From: Octopus sinensis
Lineage: Eukaryota
Assembly (NCBI RefSeq): GCF_006345805.1
Contig: NC_043004.1
Coordinates: forward strand, 24,614,001 to 24,678,000
Reading direction: 5' to 3'
Length of the DNA stretch: 64,000 nt
Of this stretch, positions 53,116-64,000 are shown one piece after another. The notes below the pieces were generated by a model that had not been told where the DNA came from, did no database searches, and saw only the letters and a program-made list of their open reading frames with translations. Position 1 is the stretch's first letter. Each line of letters starts with the position of its first letter. A program made the position numbers and the translations under genes.

Positions 53116-53337
53116 AAGGCGGTGAGCTACCAGAAACCTTAGCACGCCGGGTGAAATGCTTAGCGGTATTTCGTCTGACTTTACGTTCTGAGTTCAAATT
53201 GCACGGAGGTCGACTTTGCCTTTCATCCTTTCGGGGTCGGTAAATTAAGTACCAATTGCGTACTGGGGTCGATATAATCGACTGGCCCCTTCCCCCAAAG
53301 ATTTTGGGCCTTGTTCCTAGAGTAGAAAAGAAGATTA
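53116..53337 (+). mobile_element. Family-A SINE, full length, short tail
   Basis: AAGGCGGTGAGCT...GAGTTCAAATT...CCTAGAGTAGAAAAG. Confidence 0.85.
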
Positions 53338-53395
53338 TTAACACACGCTCTGGTTCAATTCCGCTCCTTAACTATTACTTATTTGGTTAAATATC

Positions 53396-54359
53396 GGATC
53401 TGTTCAGTTTGGCTCACAGATTTTTTTAATTAATTTTTTTAACTAAATAGTTTGAAACTTCGTATACTGGTGGAATGTTTCAGGCAGAACATGGTTTACT
53501 TTCAATATATTTGACAAAATTTGGTTTTTTAGAAGTTATTTCGTGTTAAAGTTGTCGTATTTGGGCAATTTCAACCAATCAACGACGTGTGTTCGGTTGA
53601 AGAAAGCCACTGCTGTTTGCGATAGCAATCGAAGAGGAACAACTTCCGGGTCATCTCTACTAACTGTCACCACTCTGTTCTATTTTATTTATTGTTTACT
53701 GCCAGTGTTGTATATTACACGCTTTTTTTCTTTTTCTTGTTCTCGCGTCGGAGGAACCTGTAGACATCGAAGAATCAACACCAAGAAGGAAGAAATATTA
53801 TTTACATATATTTATTCGTTTGTCCGACATCGGTGTTTTATCCACACATAAAGCGCACCAGTGTTTAAAAGACCTGTAGAGCAGGTATACGTAGTTTCAA
53901 AATACCTTATTTTACAACTATGCGATGTATTGTTATTGTCATGATTTTATCTTACTATAATCAACAAGAAACACATTTCGTCAATATGAAACTCATTATT
54001 AGATTAAAAATAACATTATCAAAACATGATGGTTAAACAAAACAAATAGCAGCTTTTACACAGGAAAATACGGTAATTGTAGTGGCTCGCTGGTTGCTAA
54101 TCAATAGTGTAGAAGGGATGGAAAGAGTAAGGAATGCCAGGTGCTAACTAGAAATGAAGAAAAGATAACGGTGACATCATCCTCGCACAACATACGAATA
54201 GAACAGAGTGGTGACATTTAGTAGCGATGACCCGGGAGTTGTTCCTCTTCGTGAGAGAATCATGTTCTGCCAGAGACATTCCACCAGTATACGAAGTTTC
54301 AAACTGTTTAGTTAAAAAAAAAATAATTAAAAAAACTGTGAACCAAACTGAACAGATCC
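53396..54359. mobile_element. Non-autonomous DNA transposon with long TIRs (Merlin-like)
   Basis: ~85-bp TIRs starting GGATCTGTTCAGTTTGG and a perfect 8-bp TSD TAAATATC (53388-53395, 54360-54367). A second internal inverted pair lies at ~53631-53684 / ~54197-54251. Superfamily is inferred from the GG..CC ends and 8-bp TSD. Confidence 0.85.
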
Positions 54360-54625
54360 TAAATATCCAACTAACTAATCGATTGTTTGTTTAATTTGGT
54401 TAAATAGTGAGTCATTTGTTTTGTTTTTGTTTGCCAAAACTTCGTTGCTACTTGTTATCTTTATAGATACTTTTTTGATAGCATTTCATAAAAAAAAAAA
54501 GCTTATCAATATATTGAACTTATTTCATGAAGCTTCAGCCAAACAAAATACACAGCGGAGAAGGCAGAGAGAGTACGTGCAAATACAATCTGATGTTTTC
54601 ACTTTCGTTAATATTGTATAATACT

Positions 54626-54970
54626 AAGGTGGCGATCTGGCAGAATCGTTAGCCGCTACGTTCTGGGTTCAAATTCCGCCGAGGTCGATGTTGCCTTTCA
54701 TCCTTTCGGGGGTCGATAAATTAAGTACCAGTTAAGTACTGGGGTCGATGTCATTGACTTGCCCCTTCCCCAAAAATTTCAGGCCTTGTGCCTAGTGTAG
54801 AAAAAATTTCGTCTGTTTTTACGTTCTGAGTTCAAATTCCGCCGAGGTCGACTTTGCCTTTCATCCTTTCGGGGTCGATATATTAAGTAACAGTTGCATA
54901 CTGGATCAATCTAATTGACTGGCCCCTTCCCCCAAAATTTCAGGCCTTGTGCCTAGAGTAGAAAAGAATA
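54626..54970 (+). mobile_element. Family-A SINE dimer, short tails
   Basis: The second unit starts at ATTTCGTCTG (~54806). Flanked by AATATTGTAtAATA / AATATTGTAgAATA. Confidence 0.82.
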
Positions 54971-55934
54971 TTGTAGAATATTGTTAAATTATTATCCGAT
55001 GGTCATTTCGACATATTAATTTAGTTATACACGAATTGAATGTGTAGGATTTAATTCAAATTCCCGTTTTCAACCTGAACAAAGAAGAGTTACAATTTCA
55101 TCATAAATGCATTTATATACTTTACTAAACTAGGAAACAAACTGGTTGTGCTTTGTGGGTTCAAATTTAGACCACTGAAATGGGCGATTGCATCAGCTAA
55201 AAATGCTAAGTATTATTGCATAATAGAGCTGATTTTTCGAGAGTTGATGCTCAGTTTATGTCTTCTAAGTAATTATATAATGGTATTTTCATTTTTCCAA
55301 AATTTTCACAGAACCTATCTTCTAGAAAGCCACTACATCTTACAATAGAGAACAAGATTGCACTATTCCGAATCTAACAATTTGCAATGTTTCAATTCTT
55401 GTTTGTTTAATGTTTTTGTTAATGCTTTTATTCGTGCAATTGTTAACACAGCATGCTTCAAGCTTACAGTCGTTTCCACAAAATGACTCTTACAACGATA
55501 TTTTAGTAACAGACGTTGTTGCTGTTGTTGTTGTTGTTGCTTGCCAGTGTCTATATTATTCATATATGAGAATGTAAATGCCCGTTTTTATATATAATTG
55601 TATGTAATATTGTGTGTCAAAATTGCATCTGTGTGTATGTATACGTGCGTTAATACGTGCGTACGTGTGAAAAATTAATTCATTCAAGCTGTTACTATTA
55701 TTGACCTCTTTCCCAGGTCAAAACTTACTACGCTTATTTCTTAGGTCAGAATGAACTTCAGTGTCATAGCTTCCTTACATTGTCATTTGTGTGTGAATTT
55801 AATCCTGCTGTGAAATTTCACTGAGAGAATAACTATATATAGGTGTTTTTCCTCCATTTTACTCTTGATGTACCTTGAAATACATTCTATAATTCAAGAA
55901 AATCCCACATAAAATTGATTATATATTATATATA

Positions 55935-55991
<57 letters not shown>

Positions 55992-56117
55992 GTGTGTGTG
56001 TGTGTGTGTGTGGTGTGTGTGTGCGCACATAAATTTGTAAACATATCCGAAGGCTGTCAGTTAAGAAGAGCGACACACATAGATACTTTTTGATAATAAC
56101 TATAATTATATTATATA

Positions 56118-56174
<57 letters not shown>

Positions 56175-56176
<2 letters not shown>

Positions 56177-56389
56177 CGGGAAGCTTTATGAAAATAAACA
56201 AAAGACGAAGGCAGGTGGAATATAAACAAACAATTGTATTAGTATGGCGCTCAGGAATATAAATAAAACACGTCTTTTACGTTTCGAGCCTACGCTCTTC
56301 AACAGAAAAATACACAGAAAAGAAACACAGAAAGAAACAAGGAGAGAAAAAAATGCGTGCAGAAGCTAGCGAATCAACATGGCGATCTG

Positions 56390-56390
<1 letters not shown>
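56175..56390 (-). mobile_element. Penelope-like terminal repeat remnant with minimal hammerhead-like motif, embedded in (AT)n
   Basis: Minus strand 56273-56310 reads TTTTT-CTGTTGA-A-GAGC(GTAG)GCTC-GAAAC-GTA-AAAGA. The segment is flanked on both sides by (AT)n. Confidence 0.55.
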
Positions 56391-56456
<66 letters not shown>

Positions 56457-56998
56457 CTTTTTCATGAAATCGAATTAGATTAAATAAATGCAAGAAAAAT
56501 TTACCTCTGGAAAAGTCGATATGTTAAATACAACAGATATCAAATAGAAAGATTTAGAAATTTCGTCTTAAATAAGATCTTGTTTAGACTAAAATTCCTA
56601 ACGATTCGTTACGATTGCCCAAAGCAATACGCCGTGCATATATAATATAATTCCAAATGAAGAATTAAAGACAAAAATTACTCAAATGCGTTTATTTCTC
56701 GCTATACAGGAATATTGAATCCTTAGTCAGCTATCGCGGAACTCTATAGTACCGGGGATACCTTGTTGATAAATGCTGTGTGTGCGTGCGTGCGTGCGTG
56801 TGCGTGTGTGCGTGTGCGTGTGTGTGTGTGTGTAGTCAGAATTTTGGATAATTATTTATTTAGCACTTTAATCTCTTTTTGAGAGAATCATCATGACTGA
56901 TATATTTACAGAAAATTCATCCCTTTTATATAACTAGTTGAAAAAACCTGAGGTTGAATTGGAAAGAGAATGTTCTTCGTTATTTTGAATCTACATGT

Positions 56999-57048
<50 letters not shown>

Positions 57049-57431
57049 TGCATGTGTGCGCGTGCTTTGTGTGTATAATATTTTGAATTAAAATTGTGCT
57101 CTCGCGTGTGTGTGTGCATGTGTATGTTCGAAAATTAATACAATCCAGCTACCACTAGTATTCATCTCATTTCCAATTCATAAATAAGTACAAATGTTAT
57201 ACATACTTTTCCTTCATTTATATTTAGCTACATGTTCAGCAGATTTCAATCAGGTGTAAATCTATGGAACATGCACACACACACAAACATACGCAAACGC
57301 GCGCGCACTATTACACTATTACTCTACCCATGCTTTTGCCACCTGAAACCTGTCTGAGTTGCAATTTGATGTTATATTCTAAGCACGTGAACAACTCAAC
57401 TTCTGTCCACATAACATATTGAATATTCTCT

Positions 57432-58014
57432 CTCTCTTTCTTTTACTCTTTTACTTGTTTCAGTCATTTGACTGCGGCCATGCTGGAGCACCGCCTTTAG
57501 TCGAGGAAATCGACCCTGGGACTTATTCTTTTTAAGCCCAGTACTTATTCTATCGGTCTCTTTTGCCGAACCGCTAGGTTACGGGGACGTAAACACACCA
57601 GTATCGGTTGTCAAGCAATGCTAGGGGGACAAACACACACACACACATACACACATATATATATATATATATATATGTGGTGTGTGTGTGTGTGTATGTG
57701 TGTGGTGTGTGTGTGTTGTCCCCCTAGCATTGCTTGACAACCGATACTGGTGTGTTTACGTCCCCGTAACCTAGCGGTTCGGCAAAAGAGACCGATAGAA
57801 TAAGTACTGGGCTTAAAAAGAATAAGTCCCAGTATATATATATACACATACGACAGGCTTCTTTCAGTTTCCATCTACCAAATCCACTCACAAAGCATTG
57901 GTCGGCCCGAGACTATAGCAGAAGACACTTGCCCAAGATGCAACGCAGTGGGACTGAACCCGGAACCATGTGGCTGGTTAGCAAGCTACTTACCACACAG
58001 CCACTCCTACGCCT
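57432..58014 (-). mobile_element. Family-B SINE with internal inverted duplication
   Basis: Standard copy plus an exact inverted 117-bp segment (57516-57632 versus 57716-57832). Confidence 0.88.
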
Positions 58015-58675
58015 ATTCTGTTTATAACATATTGAAATATTTAACCTCTCTCCTCTTTTCGATGAAATGTTTCGATATAATACTTTATTCAATGTACAGC
58101 GCAGTGTTCTATATTCTATGTCATTTATTATTTCTCTTTCTAAAGTCTATCTTAAAATTTTACGCAAGAATATCTTATACATTTAGTTTCAAAAAAGTGG
58201 AGGACTGAAAGAACTAGTATGGCAGCAGATAAGATGCCTTTTGGTATTCAGTAACGTCCCTTTATGTATAAAATTCAAATCACGCTAGAATTTGCTCTAC
58301 GCTTCGTATTCCCCGGCTTGATGAAATAAGAACTAGTTAATAGCGATGTCCATTTAATCGATGGTACACATTCCTCCAAACTGTACTTTACACACATCGT
58401 TGGTATCAAACAAGTGTGAAATGTTAAAATCTAATATTGCTCCCCCTACACATCTACAAATAATATGATTGATTTACGTAACTGCAACATAGAAACAACA
58501 GAGAGAATACGAAAGAGCACATGAGAGGCGTCACTTTTTCCATTGCGTCAAGTCGCTTCACTTGCAGCAGATGTCATTATTGCTGCAAGATCAGGAGCAG
58601 GCTATGTAGACCATCAGTGAGCCTTCAAGAGACGATTATTGAACATTAACATTCAAAGGGAAGCCGAAGAAGTAA

Positions 58676-58693
58676 CATACATACATACATACA

Positions 58694-58727
<34 letters not shown>

Positions 58728-58781
58728 CGCACATACATACATACATACATACGCACATACATACATACATACATACATACA

Positions 58782-58812
<31 letters not shown>

Positions 58813-59440
58813 GCACATACATACGCACATACATACATACGCACATACATACATACATACATACATACATACATACGCACATACATACATACATACATAC
58901 ATACACATACATACATACGCACATACATACATATATACGCACATACATACATACGCACATACATACATATGCACATACATACATACTACATACATACATA
59001 CAACATACATACATACATACATACATACATATGCACATACATACGCACATACATACATACGCACATACATACATATACATACATACATACATACATACGC
59101 ACATACATACATACATACATACATACACATACATACATACATACACATACATACATACATACATACATACATACATACATACGCACATACATACATACAT
59201 ACGCACATACATACATACGCACATACATACATATGCACATACATACATACATACATACATACATACATACATACATACATACGCACATACATACATACAT
59301 ACATACATACGCACATACATACATACGCACATACATACATACATACATACGCACATACATACATACGCACATACGCACATACATACGCACATATATACAT
59401 ACATACATACATACATACATACATACATACATACATACAT
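58676..59440 (+). repeat. Long complex (ACAT)n microsatellite with ACGC / ATGC variant units
   Basis: ~760 bp read directly. Confidence 0.97.
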
Positions 59441-62043
59441 AAGTACTACGTACACCTACATACACACACACACATGCACATATATATGTACACATATAGA
59501 GAGAGAGAGGGGGAGAGAGAGATACATATATAAGAGTAAAAGTGAAGATGTGACATTCATGCCAGTCATCTTGACATGATTAACGAAACTGAAAAGAAAT
59601 AGTCTCCAGTTGGTATAGAAATCGGTAAGCCGATCCTATAAGTAGAATGCTTAGTCCTTATTCAATTGTTGCGTTTATAATATAACTTAGTATAGCATTA
59701 GAAGACCAGTAAGTTAGTGTGAGTGGAACAGTAGCGAGTCAGACTAATCATTTTGTAATATTTACTACCAAACATTTACGCTCAAATTCCGCTTCTAGTA
59801 AGGGTGATGGGTCCTTTAAACCCCAATGTAGTCGTAGGAACGGTGTTGTGACATACGGCGTGCTTTGGCTATTTTAAACCTAGAAGCCTATACTTCTCCA
59901 GGCTAGAACACAGTCGATTTCTCCCAGACAGAAAGAGAAGGGGAGAATGTAAACAGAAAAGTAAGCAATCGACCCTAAGACCTCACCACAATTGAATTAA
60001 AAGTGCAGAAAGCCAGAATGAATACTACAAGATACTCTACCGGAGGCCTTGACGACTCGGCCAAATCTCCGCCTTGTATCTGATACAATTTAAATGTATA
60101 TCCATACAGAGTCGTTGGATAAAATAGAGTGTACCAATTCAATCAACTTTCCCCCTCTCTAGAATATACATAGCAATGTACAATAGAAATCAATATATTA
60201 CAATAAAAGATGTCTGAATATAATCTAACCTATTTTATCAGCATGTGAGAAATATAACTTGAAATATCTAACATTGGTCACAGCGTTATGTATTAGCGGG
60301 AAATAAATAAAACCGGCTCTAGATAAATGCATCGCCGTCGCTTTACTTAATTTTCATTAACCGGGTTAAAAATTGGATCGTATTTCATTACCGAGTTCTT
60401 GAGTTGGCAACACACCTAATGTGTCAATTGAATAAAACAGCGTGACATGCACATAACAAGCTTCTATATTAGGATAGTATTTGTGGAAGATTTTAGTAAA
60501 ATTTCAGGCAGATCGTAAGACAGCATAAAACAGCATTTCCACGGCTTGCAATATTTCAAATAGAATACCACTGGGATCCATCCTCTTCACCCCACCCTTT
60601 TTAAAACAATATTAGCACTGATTTTCCAGACTCCCACAAAACATAGAGGCAGGCTTCATACACATGTGACATCACACTTTCATACTCTTACCAATCTAAG
60701 ACATTTCGCCATTTTAATCGTATATATAAGTCACGCAAAATCCCAGCTGCGCAACAACAGATTCAAGTAACAATTACGAAATCTACCGTTTGCCTTCTTT
60801 TCAGTATATAACATCAACTAAGCGCAGCCGTGGTTGTGTGGAAAGAAGTTTGCCTCCAAACCACATGGTTCTGGGTTCAGTCCCACAGTGTAGTACGTTG
60901 GGCGACTGTCTTCTACAATGGCCTCGGACCAACAAAAGTCTTGCGAGTGGATTTTGTAGACTGAAACTGAAAGAAGCGTGTCGTGTATATATATATATAT
61001 ATATAATACTACTACTACTACTAATATAGGATGAAGTTTTTTTACAGAAAAATTTTCATCAAAAAAGTGGCAGCATATTAAAATACCTTTAATGGTTAAA
61101 ATTATAAACAACTTATAAACAACGGCAAAAGAAAATGATTTCTATGCTAATATGCTGATAACAGACTTTTAAATCGTCAATTTCCACATATTATATACCC
61201 ACTACAGAAATACGTTGTGCTGAAATCGAGGAAAGCCAGCCAATATAATTTTTTTAAAAGTTCGTTATTTCTATATTGAATCAATTTCGGAATTAGTCTC
61301 ATAGATTTTTTTTCCTCTTCAGTAGAAAATACGAATAGAAATAAATGAAATACTTACATGAGCCCATGGGAAAAAAAGAAGCTGCTTGGTGGCTCAGGTC
61401 AATGAACTCTGTACCTGATACAGTATTTGGGACGAGAGCGCGAACAATTCTTTCCGCCACGCCGTATAAACCAAGTGTCCTTAACATTTCTACCACACGT
61501 AAATAGTTGCAGGCATGGCTGTGTAGGTATGTTTCGTACCCGTAAGATATCCGTTTGACAAAAGAGACCGATGGGATAAATATCAGGCTTGCAAAATAAG
61601 TACTGGGGTCGATTTGCACGACTAAATCTTCTAGGCAGTGCCCCAGCATGGCCATAGTACAATGACGTTAACAAGTAAGAGAGAAAAGATAAAAGATATG
61701 AAAGGATATGCCTTTGTTGTTGCTATTGTTACTTGCTCACAATTCACCAATTCCTTGTGCATAACAACTGTGAGGTCTTTATAACAACTGTGCATAGCAA
61801 CTGTGAGGTCATCTCTTTGTTTTGACTGGTGAAGTAGTGAGATGTTCGTTGGCGAACATTTCTAGTAATTAGCTACTGCTGATAATGTTTTTTCTGTCGC
61901 CCTATTGAGTTGATCTTAACTTGCTGAAGTAGAGGTACCTGTAACATGGTCAGAGGGTGTAACCAACATACTCGTGTTGGCTTGCAACAGGGTGTCAACC
62001 TGTTAAAATATCCCCTGACTTACCAAAGTGGTAGAGGTGGGTG

Positions 62044-62092
<49 letters not shown>

Positions 62093-62300
62093 TGTGTTTT
62101 TATGCGTGTATCTATATAATATTTCCTTGTCTTTTCTTTCTCCGACTCCTTGAAAGCCATTCAAATCTACTGGTCGTCTTTTATTTCATTCACTCTGTCA
62201 GTTGCCTCTTCTTTCATTTAACATTTATTATTTCTTTTCCCCTCTTTCTCTCTCTCTCTCTCTCTCTCGCATTCCCTCTCCCTCTTACAGATTGTTCATG

Positions 62301-62360
<60 letters not shown>

Positions 62361-62361
62361 G

Positions 62362-62508
<147 letters not shown>

Positions 62509-63439
62509 CGCAACTTTTTATTAAAACTTGAGAGCTTGTCCTAAGATTTGAGTTTCTTGACACTGCGATCTGCAGACGAAGTTGTGGGTGTGCCTGTGCG
62601 TGGGCACGTATGCTTGTATAAATACACACACACATACATAAGGAGAGAAATTGAATGAAGGAAATAGAGAAAGAGGAAGTTATGGATAAAATGAAAGAAA
62701 TGAAATGCGAACGGAGAGGAGGACGAGAGTGAAAATAAGTGAGACTGATAAACAGAGACGCTGAGCAAAATACCGTTCACTGCAAACCTATAAAAAAAAT
62801 TCCGTAATCTTAATTGAATTAAAAGACAGAGGATTACTATGACAACTATTTAAAGAATATAACAATTTAATATCCTAAAACCAATTCGTCAGAAACACAG
62901 TGACGAACAATGGTGTCAACTTGGAATATTGACAGGGTTAAAGAATATAGAGACATCCACAAGTGAAGTGGACGGAAATAAGACAACTTGGTTTCGGAAA
63001 ATTCTATAGAATACTTTCATACTTCTGTTGTTGCAGTTGTTTTTGTTGCTCCTGCTGTTGCTTCTGCTGCTGTTGCTGTTCCTGTTGTTGTTGTTGCAAC
63101 TGTTGTTCTTGCTCTTGTTGGCGTTTTATTCAATTACTACAAGTGATTGGAAGTACCGATGCTATGGATTTTTATTTTTCAAACAACGTTTGGTTGTCAG
63201 AATCGGTAAAACGTCGTTCAAAACACATTATTGGATATAAATATGTAAAAAATGTTTATGGGTTCAAATCACGCCTATTTTCAGACTTTCATTCTTCTGG
63301 TAGGTATAAAATAAAAACTTAAAGTGCTTGTGTAGAGGGTCAAATCCTGCACAATTGATGGGAGTAGTCTCTCTTGATTTCGTTACAAATTCTAGAGAAA
63401 TAGTGTTGACTAGTAATGATTTGGATTTAGGAAACTCCA

Positions 63440-63901
63440 TTACTCTTTTACTCTTTTACTTGTTTCAGTCATTTGACTGCGGCCATGCTGGAGCACCGCC
63501 TTTAGTCGAGCAAATCGACCCCAGGACTTATTCTTTGTAAGCCTAGTACTTATTCTATCGGTCTCTTTTGCCGAACTGCTAAGTTACGGAGACGTAAACA
63601 CACCAGCATCGGTTGTCAAGCGATGTTGGTGGGGGAACAGCACACAAACCCAACACACACACACACCACACATATCATATTATATATATATATATATATA
63701 TAATAATATATATATATATATATATATATAGATATATAATATCTACGACGGGTTTCTTTCAGTTTCCGTCTACCAAATCCACTCACAAGCTTAGGTCGGC
63801 CCGGGGCTATAGTAGAAGACACTTTCCCAAAGTACCACGCAGTGGAACTGAACCCGGAACCATGTGGTTGGTAAGCAAGCTACTTACCACACAGTCACTC
63901 C
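63440..63901 (-). mobile_element. Family-B SINE, full length
   Basis: Same head, core, internal microsatellite and tail. Confidence 0.88.
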
Positions 63902-64000
63902 AGTAGTATGAAAATTTAGTCTTCTTGAAAAGAGATGTTGGTGACTCCCGTAATATGTGCAGCTTCTCAGAGATATAAACGCTCAATTATGTGTTCAAGG

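Noticed and set aside
53116-53200. SINE heads as tRNA genes
   Set aside because: A and B boxes are present but there is no complete cloverleaf; they continue into SINE bodies.
58636-59579. Long ORFs (up to 269 aa) on both strands
   Set aside because: Translations of the (ACAT)n satellite, which lacks stops; no protein features.
62963-63322. Cys-rich, metallothionein-like ORF
   Set aside because: Derived from a (TGT/TGC)n trinucleotide repeat; GTG start and no splice or family support.

Overview
AT-rich, extremely repeat-rich metazoan DNA. The SINE families and the dense (AT)n/(CA)n/(GATA)n/(ATAC)n/(TAA)n microsatellites point to an octopus (coleoid cephalopod) genome; this is inferred from repeat content. 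Only one host coding exon is supported: the first coding exon (44205-44964, minus strand) of a natriuretic-peptide-receptor / receptor guanylyl cyclase-like gene. No further exon was recognised in the 44 kb downstream, which is probably one giant intron. The rest is a degenerate tRNA-Ser(AGA) and layered mobile DNA: two R4/Dong-type LINE remnants next to (TAA)n, a young Tx1/L1-clade LINE next to (GATA)n, RTE and Penelope-like fragments with minimal hammerhead-like motifs, Tc1/mariner elements (one split by a nested hAT/Buster), hAT, Tc2/pogo-like and Merlin-like MITEs, two non-autonomous Helitrons, a solo LTR and many tRNA-derived SINEs. Most ORFs in the track are microsatellite artefacts. Three observations stand out. 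(1) One SINE subfamily shares its 3' tail with the Tx1-like LINE. (2) That subfamily repeatedly sits at one exact nucleotide in the head of other SINE copies, suggesting a self-targeting SINE/Tx1 system. (3) The receptor N-terminus carries an RF-G-KR neuropeptide-like processing motif. All alignments and coordinates were read by eye.
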